From positions 3,968,001-4,032,000 of the forward strand of contig NW_027361834.1 of NCBI RefSeq assembly GCF_039654945.1: 64,000 nucleotides of DNA, given 5' to 3'. The stretch is from Dendrobates tinctorius. Taxonomy: Eukaryota. Below are positions 50,892-63,317 of this stretch, one piece after another. Positions within the stretch are counted from its first letter, which is position 1. The number at the start of each line of letters is the position of its first letter. The position numbers and the translations under genes were made by a program. The notes beneath the pieces were generated by a model, which worked only from the letters and a program-made list of their open reading frames with translations, made no database searches and was not told the origin of the DNA.

Positions 50892-53800
50892 TAGTGTTGA
50901 GCATTCCGATACCGCAAGTATCGGGTATCGGCCGATACTTGCTGTATCGGAATTCCGATACCGACTTCCGATATTTTTTCAATATCGGAATTCGGCATCG
51001 GAATCGGAAGTTCAAAGTTGATTGACAGACTGACGTCATCATGATGCGCGGTGTGTGCGCATCATGATGCTCCGTCATTTCGGGCCTTCCGGGGGTCTCT
51101 GCCGGCCTGCCGGGGGGCTGTGCCGGCCTGCCGGGGGGCTGTGTGGACTGCCCGGGGTCTGTACCGGCCTGCCGGGGGGCTGTGCCGGCCTGCCGGTGGT
51201 CTGTGCACCCTGTGGGGGTCTGTACCGGCCTGCCGGGGGGCTGTGCCGGCCTGCCGGTGGTCTGTGCACCCTGTGGGGGTCTGTACCGGCCTGCCGGGGG
51301 GCTGTGCCGGCCTGCCGGGGGGCTGTGCTGATGTCCGGGGGTCTGTGCAAGCATTGTCCGATGGGACTACAAGTCCCATCGGGCGATGCCTGCTACCATG
51401 ACAGTGATTGACACATTAGCCAATGATGGGACAGTAGTAGTCCCATCATCCGGCTAATGTGTTAAATGTTAAAAAAAAAAAAAAATACTACATACATACT
51501 ACATACATACTACATGCTACATACATACTACATATATACTACATACATGCTACATACATGCTACATACATACTGCATGCTACATACATACTACATACATA
51601 CTACATACATACTACATGCATGCTACATACATACTACATGCATGCTACATACATACTACATGCATGCTACATGCATGCTACATACATACTACATGCTACA
51701 TACATACCACATACATACTACATACATACTACATACTACATATATACTACATGCATGCTACATACATACTACATGCTACATACATACCACATACATACTA
51801 CATACATGCTACATACTACATACATACTACATACATACTACATACATACTACATGCATGCTACATACATACTACATGCATGCTACATACATACTACATGC
51901 ATGCTACATACATACTACATGCTACATACATACCACATACATACTACATACATACTACATGCTACATACATACTACATATATACTACATGCATGCTACAT
52001 ACATACTACATGCTACATACATACCACATACATACTACATACATGCTACATACATACTACATATATACTACATGCATGCTACATACATACTACATATATA
52101 CTACATGCATGCTACATACATACTACATGCTACATGCATGCTACATACATACTACATACATACTACATGCTACATACATACCACATATATACTACATACA
52201 TACAATACATTCATACAATACATACATAGACATACAGTACATATAACATAGAGTAACATACTTACCAATACTTGTCACATTGTTCCCCGAAGCCATTGTC
52301 TTTTCCGGAATAAATATTAACATAACAAACCACAAAAATACTCACCCACGATCCGAAGCAGTCCACGAGTGTGTCCCACGACGATCTTGGGTAGAGAACT
52401 GCAGCATCAGATGATGCTGCCGTTCTCTACGGGCTGCAGGAATCCAATGACGGAAGGTAGGTATCCTTCCGCACTGTATTCCTCCGCCACTTGAAAAAAA
52501 AAAGTCCCTAGTCTCACTTTATGCCATTGCTGCGTGGGAAATTCCCACACAGCAATGGCATAAAGTGAGAATAGGGACTTTTTTTTTTTTTAAGTGGCGG
52601 AGGAATACAGTGCGGAAGGATACCTACCTTCCGTCATTGGATTCCTGCAGCCCGTAGAGAACGGCAGCATCAGCTGATGCTGCCGTTCTCTACCCAAGAT
52701 CGTCGTGGGACACACTCGTGGACTGCTTCGGATCGTGGGTGAGTATTTTTGTGGTTTGTTATGTTAATATTTATTCCGGAAAAGACAATGGCTTCGGGGA
52801 ACAATGTGACAAGTATTGGTAAGTATGTTACTCTATGTTATATGTACTGTATGTCTATGTATGTATTGTATGAATGTATTGTATGTATGTAGTATATATG
52901 TGGTATGTATGTAGCATGTAGTATGTATGTAGTATGTATGTAGCATGCATGTAGCATGTAGTATGTATGTAGCATGCATGTAGTATATATGTAGTATGTA
53001 TGTAGCATGCATGTAGTATATATGTAGTATGTATGTAGCATGTATGTAGTATGTATGTGGTATGTATGTAGCATGTAGTATGTATGTAGCATGCATGTAG
53101 TATATATGTAGTATGTATGTAGCATGTAGTATGTATGTAGTATGTATGTGGTATGTATGTAGCATGTAGTATGTATGTAGCATGCATGTAGTATGTATGT
53201 AGCATGCATGTAGTATGTATGTAGCATGCATGTAGTATGTATGTAGTATGTATGTAGTATGTAGCATGTATGTAGTATGTATGTGGTATGTATGTAGCAT
53301 GTAGTATGTATGTAGCATGCATGTAGTATATATGTAGTATGTAGCATGTAGTATGTATGTAGCATGCATGTAGTATATATGTAGTATGTAGCATGTAGTA
53401 TGTATGTAGCATGCATGTAGTATGTATGTAGCATGCATGTAGTATGTATGTGGTATGTATGTAGCATGTAGTATGTATGTAGCATGCATGTAGTATATAT
53501 GTGTTATGTATGTAGCATGTAGCATGCATGTAGCATGCATGTAGTATATATGTGTTATGTATGTAGCATGTAGCATGCATGTAGCATGCATGTAGTATGT
53601 ATGTAGTATGTATGTAGTATATATGTGGTATGTATGTAGCATGTAGTATGTATGTAGCATGCAGTATGTATGTAGCATGTAGTATATATGTAGCATGCAG
53701 CATGTATGTAGCATGCATGTAGTATATATGTAGTATGTATGTAGTATATATGTAGTATGTATGTTGCATGTAGTATTTATGTAGTATGAATGTAGCATGT

Positions 53801-53902
53801 ATGTAGTATGTAGTATGAATGTAGCATGTATGTAGCATGTATGTAGTATGTAGTATGAATGTAGCATGTATGTAGTATGCATGTTGTATGTATGTAGCAT
53901 GT

Positions 53903-53935
<33 letters not shown>

Positions 53936-54270
53936 TTTAACACATTAGCCGGATGATGGGACTACTACTGTCCCATCATTGGCTAATGTGTCAATCACTG
54001 TCATGGTAGCAGGCATCGCCCGATGGGACTTGTAGTCCCATCGGACGATGCCTGCACAGACCCCCGAAGCCTGCACAGCCCCCCGGCAGGCCGGCACAGC
54101 CCCCCGGCAGGCCGGCACAGCCCCCCGGAGCCTGCACAGCCCCCCGGCAGGCCGGCACTGCCCCCCGGCAGGCCGGCACAGCCCCCCGGCAGGCCGGCAC
54201 AGCCCACCAGAGCCTGCACAGACCACCGGCAGGCCGGCACAGCCCCCCGGCAGGCCGGCACAGACCACCT
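50892..54270. mobile_element. Foldback non-autonomous DNA element: ~3.1 kb palindrome with 21-bp GC-rich and TACA/TGTA satellites
   Basis: Left end TAGTGTTGAGCATTCCGATAC; arms mirror around GGGAAATTCCC at 52541; right TIR missing. Confidence 0.85.
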
Positions 54271-54349
54271 GAGTATTACAGAATACTGTAGATAAGCCCC
54301 TGATTGCGGTGGCCCCTGCTTATGGGGTGACAGATTCCCTTTAAATAAA

Positions 54350-54402
54350 CTACATACATATTCTAGAATACCCGATGCGTTAGAATCGGGCCACCATCTT
54401 GT
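54350..54402 (+). mobile_element. Helitron-type 3' end remnant
   Basis: CCCGATGCGTTAGAATCGGG hairpin followed by CCACCATCTTG|T (degenerate CTRR). Confidence 0.45.
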
Positions 54403-55418
54403 TGATTATAATGATGTAGATGGAGTCATTGTGTGCTCTATAGGTCATAATTTTTGGCCTCGTATGCCTTTTTGAGGCAGACACCAAGATGGCGTCTTGG
54501 TGCCTGCCTCAAATAGGCATATAATAATGCTAACATAGAACACTGACTCTGCCTGCATCATTATATTCAATGTTCCTGTTGGTGCGAACATCTGAATCCC
54601 ATTCTATGGGGCTTCAGACACAAATACCGACAGGGCCACTGATCATAGTCCAACGTGAACAGTCTGAGAGGCACGGCACCGTATAGGGAATGTGTGTCTG
54701 ACTGCAGAGCCCCCATAGATAGGTTAAGCTATAAAGGAACTTTGGGCAGTGCTTCCCCCCTCCCACTACTTCTCAGGTGATGCCATATATTAGAACGCCC
54801 ACTGACCAACGGGAGAAAGGGGAAGGGGCGTCCGGCCACACCCTCAGGGGTTAAATTCTTGTGCTGGGCCGGATAATTCCTCTTCCTCCCCTGGCTGACC
54901 ATTCGAAGTTTTGTCCCACCCTCCCTCCCTTATAAATTCGCAATTGTGCTGTGCGGCTATTGTATATAATGTTTATTTAAAAAAAAAAAAATTTTGGACT
55001 ATGTTTTCATTACTTACATGATTTTGTTGTATCCAATGTCACAGCGGTAGTATGGGGGGGCAAAGGTTCGTAACCTCTCATCAGCTTCCTTACCCACTGT
55101 CAGTTATGGGGGGTTTTCGGCTCTGAGTCTGTTGAGAATTTGTATTTGCCTCTCTCGGTTTAGAATTCAATAAACTTTGACCGACCTGTTCAACCCATCC
55201 AGGCCTTTTTGTTGTTTCGTTATTATGGGATTGGTGGGAGGCGGGGAGGCACCGTTTACGTCATACGGGTCTCTGCAGTCTAAGCAGGACTGTCTTAGGA
55301 TGCCCAAGTCCTACTAGTTAATGAATGTCTCTAGAACCTTTTATAAGGGAATAATTGTCATGGCTAGATGATGACAAGGTCACAACATCTCCCACATCGG
55401 CAAGTATGTAGTCAGTAA

Positions 55419-55553
55419 AGGGAAACCTGTCACCTCGTTTTTCAGCTATAAGCTGCGGCCACTGCCTTTCTACTGCATTCTAGAATGCTGTCGATAAGCC
55501 CTGAAAGGCAGTGGCCGCAGCTTATAGCTGAAAAACGAGGTAACAGGTTGCCT
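55419..55553. mobile_element. T2/Kolobok-type MITE
   Basis: AGGGAAACCTGTCACC..GGTAACAGGTTGCCT with ~50-bp near-perfect arms and degenerate TTAA flanks. Confidence 0.7.
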
Positions 55554-55689
55554 TTATCAATGTAAGCCTATGGAGCATCAGAACAAGGCCCCATAGGCTA
55601 GTATAATAGAAGAGACTTCTCGCTCACACCGAGAGCATAGAGTGAGCCGAAGAGTCTGGAGAGCGATGAAAGGCGATTCCGACAGCTAA

Positions 55690-55921
55690 ATAGGAAAGGG
55701 TTATTTACAGTTAGAGCAGTCACACTCTGGAATGCCGACCACAAGAACTAGTAATAGCAGACACTACAACAGCTTTTAAAAAGGGCTGGATGATTTCTTC
55801 AATACACATAACATTGTGGGTTATATTTAATTTAGTGACAAAATGGACAATTGGTGGAGAAAGGTTAAACTTGATGGACCTAAGTCTTTTTTCAACCTTT
55901 GTATGTAACTATGTATCTATG
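55690..55921 (+). mobile_element. CR1-type LINE 3' end
   Basis: Encodes F-T-V-R-A-V-T-L-W-N and F-K-K-G-L-D; ends with a (CTATG)-like tail. Confidence 0.7.
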
Positions 55922-56154
55922 ACATCACATAAAAGTGGAGCTGGACAGAGCTTGATCTCAGAGAAGACAGCAGTTGGGAAGTATATTACCCTACCACACT
56001 ACAGTACATACACGTTTAGTGAAAAAAACAAAACTTCATGAGGATTCTTCAAACATGTACGACGTACAATATTGGTATGCCATATATTTCAGAAATATTC
56101 TATTACAAAGGAATATTAATTAATTCAGAATTTTTATTTCATTTTTTTAAATTA

Positions 56155-56333
56155 GGAATTCCCTATCAGTATGTCTTTGGAGTGTGGGAGGAAACCGGAG
56201 TACCCGGAGGAAACCCACGCAAACACGGGGAGAACATACAAACTCCTTGCAGATGTTTTCCTTAGTGACATTTAAACCCAGGATCCCAGTGCTGCAAAAC
56301 AACAGTGCTAACCACTGAGCCCCCGTGCTGCCC
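56155..56333 (-). mobile_element. V-SINE (tRNA-derived head plus V domain) in the kinase 3' UTR
   Basis: Minus strand GGGCAGCACGGGGGCTCAGTGGTTAGCAC...GGAGTTTGTATGTTCTCCCCGTGTTTGCGTGGGTTTCCTCCGGGTACTCCGGTTTCCTCCCAC. Confidence 0.85.
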
Positions 56334-56381
56334 AAGTACAGCTTTGATGATGGACTTGCTGTAATAGATGTATATGGTGCC

Positions 56382-59300
56382 CTAAAGACAAATTGGACAA
56401 ATGCATCTTCTGATGCTGCGAGCGGCCCTGGATAATCCACGCCGACAGGATGATATAATCCGGCGGAAGATGGATCCTAGGAGAAGAGATATAAAACTAA
56501 TTTAAGTAATGGGACTCCGTATTAGAGGATACTGCTTTGGTGTCATTGTGGCAGGACGGTAGAGAAATCTTATCCGTGCAGAGGAACAGGATCATTGTCA
56601 CTCATCATACATGTGACAATCCCACCACTGACAGAAAACATCTCCACATGAATTATTCTCACTGGCCAACATCAAACAACATAGACCTTATTATCACACT
56701 TACGTCTTCTAGGTTCTCGCTCTTCTACTATTTTGGCATTTTGCTCTTCTACCAGTTTTATTGCAGAGTTATTTTTCTTCTCAACTAGAAATTCATATAA
56801 AAAGTGAAAAAACAAGTCAATGATCATTGTCAGTCATCATACATGTGACAATCGTACCCACTGGGAGTTAACATCTCCTCCTCGTGACTAATTCTTAATC
56901 GGCGACATCAGACAACATAGACCTTATTGTCACACTTACCACTGCTAGGTTCTGTCTCTGGGACTATTTCTGGGTCTTGATCTTCTCCCAGTCTTAGTGC
57001 AGATGTATTTATTGTCTCAACTGGAAATTCATGTAAAAAAGTAAGAAAAACAAGTCAATGATCATTGTTAGTCATAGATGTGAAAATCCCACCACTGACA
57101 TATAGCGATGAGCGAGTGTGCTCGTTACTGGAGTTTTCCGAGCATGCTCGGGTGTTCTCCACATGTATTCAGGTTCTCTAGCAGTCTCAAATCATGCAGC
57201 TGCGGGGACTAAAAGTTGATTTCCGAGCACGCCCAAACTACTCAGAGAACACCCGAGCATGTTCGGAAAACTCGAGTAAAGAGCACACTCACTTATCACT
57301 ACATATAATATATCCTCCTCATGAATTATTCTCAGTTGCCGACATCATACAACATAGACCTTATTGTCACACTTACCTCTGCTAGGCTCTGTCTCTGCAA
57401 CTATTTCTGGGTCTTGTTCTTCTCCCAGTTTTAATGCAGATGTATTATTGGCCTCAACTGGAAATTCATATATAAAAGTAAGAAAAACAAGTCAATGATT
57501 ATTGTCAGTCATAGATGTGAAAATCCCACCATTGACATATAGTGATGAGCGAGTGTGTTCGTTACTCGAGTTCTCCGAGCATTTTGAGGGTGCTCATGAA
57601 TTAAGTTTTAGTCCCCGCAGCTGCATGATTTGCAGCTTCTAGACAGCCTGAATACATGTGCGGATTGCCCGTTTTTTTGGAAATCCTCACATGAATTCAG
57701 GTTCTCTAGCAGTCTCAAATCATGCAGCTGCGGGGACTAAAGCTTGATTTCCGAGCACGCCGAAACTACTCAGAGAACACCCAAGCACGTTCAGAAAACT
57801 CGAGTAAAGAGCACATTCGCTTATCACTACATATAATATCTCCTCCTTGTGAATTATTCTCAATCGCCGACATCAGACCACATAGACCTTATTGTCACAC
57901 TTACGTCTGCTAGGCTCTGTCTCTGCCACTATTTCTGGGTCTTGCTCTTCTCCCAGTTTTAATGCAGATGTATTTTTTGCCTCAACTGGAAAATTATATA
58001 AAAAAGTAAGAAAAACAAGTCAATGATAATTGTCAGTCATAGATGTGAAAATCCCACCACTGACATATATAGCGATGAGCGAGTGTGCTCGTTACTGGAG
58101 TTTTCCGAGCATGCTCGGGTGTTCTCCACATGTATTCAGGTTCTCTAGCAGTCTCAAATCATGCAGCTGCGGGGACTAAAAGTTGATTTCCGAGCACGCC
58201 CAAACTACTCAGAGAACACACGAGCATGTTCGGAAAACTCGAGTAAAGAGCACACTCACTTATCACTACATATAATATATCCTCCTCATGAATTATTCTC
58301 AGTTGCCGACATCAGACAACATAGACCTTATTGTCACACTTACCTCTGCTAGGCTCTGTCTCTGCAACTATTTCTGGGTCTTGTTCTCCCAGTTTTAATG
58401 CAGATGTATTATTGGCCTCAACTGGAAATTCATATATAAAAGTAAGAAAAACAAGTCAATGATTATTGTCAGTCATAGATGTGAAAATCCCACCATTGAC
58501 ATATAGTGATGAGCGAGTGTGTTCGTTACTCGAGTTTTCCGAGCATTTTGAGGGTGCTCATGAATTAAGTTTTAGTCCCCGCAGCTGCATGATTTGCAGC
58601 TTCTAGGCAGCCTGAATAAATGTGGGGATTGCCCGTTTTTTTGGAAATCCTCACATAAATTCAGGTTCTCTAGCAGTCTCAAATCATGCAGCTGCGGGGA
58701 CTAAAGCTTGATTTCTGAGCACGCCGAAACTACTCAGAGAACACCCAAGCATGTTCAGAAAACTCGAGTAAAGAGCACATTCACTTATCACTACATATAA
58801 TATCTTCTCCTTGTGAATTATTCTCAATCGCCGACATCAGACCACATAGACCTTATTGTCACACTTACGTCTGCTAGGCTCTGTCTCTGCCACTATTTCT
58901 GGGTCTTGCTCTTCTCCCAGTTTTAATGCAGATGTATTTTTTGCCTCAACTGGAAAATTATATAAAAAAGTAAGAAAAACAAGTCAATGATAATTGTCAG
59001 TCATAGATGTGAAAATCCCACATTGACATATAATATATCCTCCTCCTCAATTATTCTCAGTCTCCGACATCAGACCACATAGACCTTATTGTCACACTTA
59101 CCTCTGCTAGGCTCTGTCTCTGCGACTATTTCTGGGTCTTGATCTTCTCCCAGTTTTAATGCAGAGGTATTTTTTGTCTCATCTTGAAATTCAGATAAAA
59201 AAGTAAGAAAAACAAGTCAGTGATCATTGTCAGTCATAGATGTGAAAATCCCACCATTGACATATAATATATCCTCCTCCTCAATTATTCTGTCTCCGAC

Positions 59301-62300
59301 ATTAGACAACATAGACCTTATTGTCACACTTACCTCTGCTAGGCTCTGTCTCTGCGACTATTTCAGGGTCTTGATCTTCTCCCAGTTTTAATGCAGAGGT
59401 ATTTTTTGTCTCATCTTGAAATTCATACAAAATAAGTAAGAAAAACAAGTCAGTGATCATTGTCAGTCATAGATGTGAAAATCCCACCATTGACATATAA
59501 TATATCCTGCTCGTGAATTATTCTGTCGCCGACATCAGACATCAAAAACCTTATTGTCACACTTACCTCTGCTCGGTTCTGTCTCTGGGACTATTTTTGG
59601 GTCTTCATCTTCTCCCAGTTTTAATGCAGATGTATTTATTGTCTCAACTGGAAATTCATGTAAAAAAGTAACATATAATATATCCTCCTTGTGAATTATT
59701 CTCAGTCGCTGACATCAGACCACATAGACATTATTGTCACACTTACCTCTGCTAGGTTCTGTCTTTACTACTATTTCTGGTTTTTGCTCTTCCAGTTTTA
59801 GTGCAGATGTATTTTTCATATGAACTGGAAAATCATACATAAAATGAAGAAAAACAGGTCAATGATAAACTCCTATAAGATTAGAGTCTTATCTTTATGG
59901 TTGCTGCTGCCGGATTGCTATGAGCGCAACCCTGTGGTCGGCGTTCATAGCACACCTATAATTCTGCTACATAGAGGTGATCTATGCATCTCTTCTATGT
60001 AGCAGAGACGATCGATTTATGGCAGTTTCTAGCCTCCCACGGAGGCTATTGAAGCATGCCAAAATAAAAAAATTGTTTTAAAAATATTAAAAAATGTAAA
60101 AAAACAAAAGTTTAAATCACCCCTCTTTCGCCCCATTCAAAATTAAACAATAAAAAAATCAAACCTACACATATTTGGTATTGCAGTGTTCAGAATCACC
60201 CGATCTATCAATAAAAAAAGGATTAACCCTATTGCTAAACGGCTGAGCGAGAGAACAAATCGAAACGCCATAATTAAGTTTTTTTTGCCACCGCAATATT
60301 GCATTAATATGAAATAACAAGCGATCAAAAGAACGCATCTGCATAAAAGTGTTATCATTAAAAACGTCAGCTCGGCGCGCAAAAACTAAATCCTCGCCCA
60401 ACCAGAGATCCCAAAAAGTGGAGACGCTACGGGTCTCAGAAAAGGGCGCAATTTATTTTTTTTTTTTTGCAAAGTCTGGAATTTTTTTTCACCACTTAGA
60501 TAAAAAAGAACCTAGACATGTTTGGTGTCTATGAACTCGTAATGACTTGTAGAATCAAAGTCACAGGTCAGTTTTAGCATTTAGTGAACCTAGCAAAAAA
60601 GCCAATCAAAAATTAAGTGTGGGATTGCATTTATTTTGCAATTTTACTGCACTTGGAATTTTTTATCCTGTTTTCTGTTACATGACATGGTAAAACCAAA
60701 GATATTGTTCAAAAGTACAACTCGTCCCACAAAAAATAAGCCCTCATACGGCAATATTGACCTAAAAATAAAAAACTTATGGCTCTGGAAAGAAGGGGAA
60801 AGAAAAACGAAAACGCAAAATCGAAAAAAAGATTCGGGCGTTAAGGGGTTAAAACATCTGTGGCACATTAAGGGTATATATAGGGTTAGTTTGGGGCCTG
60901 ATTGAGCCATGGGCAGAGTATTCGTGATCAGTATCAGGCACCAGACTGTATGGCCCCTTATACCTTTTAATGCGCAGCACATAAGAGTGAGAATTTTATA
61001 CAGTAAAGTGTTGGATTGTTGATTATTTTAAAGGCACAAAAAAGCAGTGATTTTCTGAGCCCTCATGTAACATTTACATTACACCTTATGATCAGTGGCG
61101 ACAACAAGATGTCCTATAGACCTGCACATACCTGGCAATATGGGAGAGGGTGACTTGTTGTTTTCAGTAGTGAAGCACTGATTATCACCATCATTTCCAG
61201 TTGGAGAAGATTCTTTCTGCCTGTTTAGTAGAAAAAAAAAATAAATTACATGTGAAAGCAATGAAAAATAAAAAGACTCCTTTTTTATGGGCAATTAGGA
61301 CACTTGGACAAAATGAAGGGTATACCTTGCACAGGACTGCCTTCTGTCAGCAAGAATGAAGAATAACTAGTAATAAAGGGCTTTAATGAAATGGAAATGA
61401 AAGGCTGGTCATAATGATCAACTGTTATCACCAGCGTTATCACAAGCCAGACATTACAGTGATGATCAATCATGGGGGCGGTGAGTTCTGGATTTAGTAT
61501 TGTGTCATATGCGTCTTGTATTTGGTATTCTGAAGATATGTCAGTACTATACCCTGTAATAATCTACTCACACGTCTGAGTGTTTTGTGCTGGTCTCTAG
61601 AGAGCTATCTGGAGATGCCTCATGATGTTCATCTCTCATCATCATGGTATTGGGGTCATATAGCTAAAATACACAGAGTAAAATTAATTATATATATATA
61701 GTATTTTCATACTATTATAGTTATAGTTTTGTGGATTTGCTGATCATATACATACCTTAGAAAGTCTTTGAGAAGATGATACATAGTTTAGACTTTCTGG
61801 CCAATCACTGACCTCCTCACTTGTGTCATCCTCATCTGAATCCATATGTTTGGGTCTCTCAATGCCAGCTACAAAGTACAAGTATTATCAAAGATTATTA
61901 ATATAATCACAGACAGTCACCAAGTTATTACTAATAATGATGGGAACATATTGTCACATAAAATGAAAGACAAGACAAATGGCAACTTTAACCAGATGAC
62001 GTCTCATTCTACTTACTGAGAAAGTAGCGGGTGTCCTCCTCTGACGTAATATCTGGCCTTAACGTTGGCATATTTTGAAGGTTCTCAAAGTCTAACTCAC
62101 TCAGGAATGGATGACTCTTGATTTCATTTGCTCCTCCTGGAAACGGAAGACAAGAAAAAAGTGATCCAGACAATGTTAGGAAGACTGTACATTTTAAGTT
62201 AATCTAAACTGAAGATATAGAAGATCCAAAATATACTGTAAGTCATGGCATGAAGAATGGGGAATGGACAAGACGATAACGCAGAGACCTCAGTGTTTAT

Positions 62301-63317
62301 CCTCATGGAAATGATCTATTTGTCAGGTCACAGAGGAGCTATAAGTCATTATTAATACTACTATATATATTACCTGTCCCGAGTCTATGTGTTGGATCTT
62401 TTATGAGTAGCTGAGTAATGATGCTTTGAGCTTTGGGATGAATAGCATGCTTTTTAAATTTCAAAGTGATGTCATCTGTTATGTAAAAAGTAAATATTAC
62501 AGAAAAGAAAGTCTCTACATTTACTATCATTTAAAAAAACTCATCAAAAGCAACAAGTAACTAAATCAAAGAATGAACATAGCAACTGAACCAAATTACT
62601 GTGGCATCACACAGCATCAGAATATTTTACTTACCTGTGGTGATACTGTTAAAAATAATACTTTTGTATCTTCCTTTAAATGGCACATCACCAGTAAGAA
62701 ATTTATACATGATGATCCCTAGTGACCACCAGTCAATAGGCCTTCCGTAGCGCTCCCCTAAGATGACTTCTGGGGCTATATAATGCAAGGTGCCAATCTT
62801 CTGAAAACCAACAGAACAATAAGAAGATGATCAATGAAAATAACTGTGACAAATAATATCAGTGGAAAAGTTTTCTATGTGAGAAAATATCAGAGAAGCA
62901 GAAATAGATCAGATCTGTAAAGAATAAGTTTTTTATGTATAGCTAACCCCATCATCAGGAAACTCTCTGGTGATGTCTTCAGTTTGAGCCTTGTAAATGT
63001 CTGATGTTGGTCTCATGAGTCCGAGTTTTGAAAGCCCAAAATCGGTGACTTTGATATGTCCAGTTGATGATATCATGAGGCTGTAAAAGAAAAGATATTG
63101 TCAGCCCTAAGTAATAACCCATAGACTGTATACCAAACTATAACTGTCTCCCTTTATTATACTGCAGCGTTCACTTACTTTCCAGGCTTCAGGTCTCGGT
63201 GAACCACACCATAGCTGTGCAGATATTCCACAGCAACAACCGTTTCTGCAAGGTACCTGCGGGCCCAGGCGAGGGATAAATGACCATATAACTTTAAGAG
63301 ACTGCCACAGTCTCCTC
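56382..63317 (-). CDS. Divergent MAST-family (AGC) Ser/Thr kinase, 3' portion of 19 exons; N-lobe lies beyond the window
   Basis: Exons 63179-63317 (HRDLKPGN), 62948-63080 (DFG), 62635-62800 (APE, DWWSLG), 62374-62475, 62017-62136 (EEDTRYF), 61756-61868, 61572-61663, 61132-61220, ten repeat exons in 56704-59824, last exon 56382-56476 ending TAG. All are AG/GT bounded, phase-compatible and stop-free (~617 codons). Kinase exon junctions match the MAST pattern as recalled. Confidence 0.88.
56600..59870 (-). repeat. Tandem array of ten exon+intron units (basic unit ~235 bp; four units enlarged by a MITE)
   Basis: Recurrent CACACTTAC-[78-81 nt]-CTG/CTT/CTA; higher-order ~965-bp duplication of 57021-57985 and 57986-58949. 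Confidence 0.95.
59880..60848 (+). mobile_element. piggyBac-type non-autonomous element, right part, in a kinase intron
   Basis: Ends TTAAGGGG|TTAA; homologous to 9200-9795. Confidence 0.65.

Noticed and set aside
50863-51411. Pro/Gly/Arg-rich ORFs, also at 53945-54295
   Set aside because: Translations of the 21-bp GC-rich minisatellite.
51459-53943. Long His/Tyr/Thr-rich ORFs on both arms
   Set aside because: They arise from a stop-free TACA satellite open in all three frames; no coding signal.
54780-55260. Possible retroelement 3' end (DIRS/Ngaro- or Tx1-like)
   Set aside because: Only a polyadenylation-like signal and weak complementarity; no diagnostic ORF or repeat structure.
56265-56333. 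tRNA gene
   Set aside because: Degenerate B box, and it continues directly into a V domain, so it is a SINE head.
56531-56580. Possible extra kinase exon between the last repeat and the terminal exon
   Set aside because: No convincing acceptor or donor, and the frame joins correctly without it.
57194-58352. Three repeated 63-aa plus-strand ORFs (MQLRGLK..)
   Set aside because: They lie in MITE and intron sequence, and the fourth copy has a stop; the splice-bounded signal is on the minus strand.
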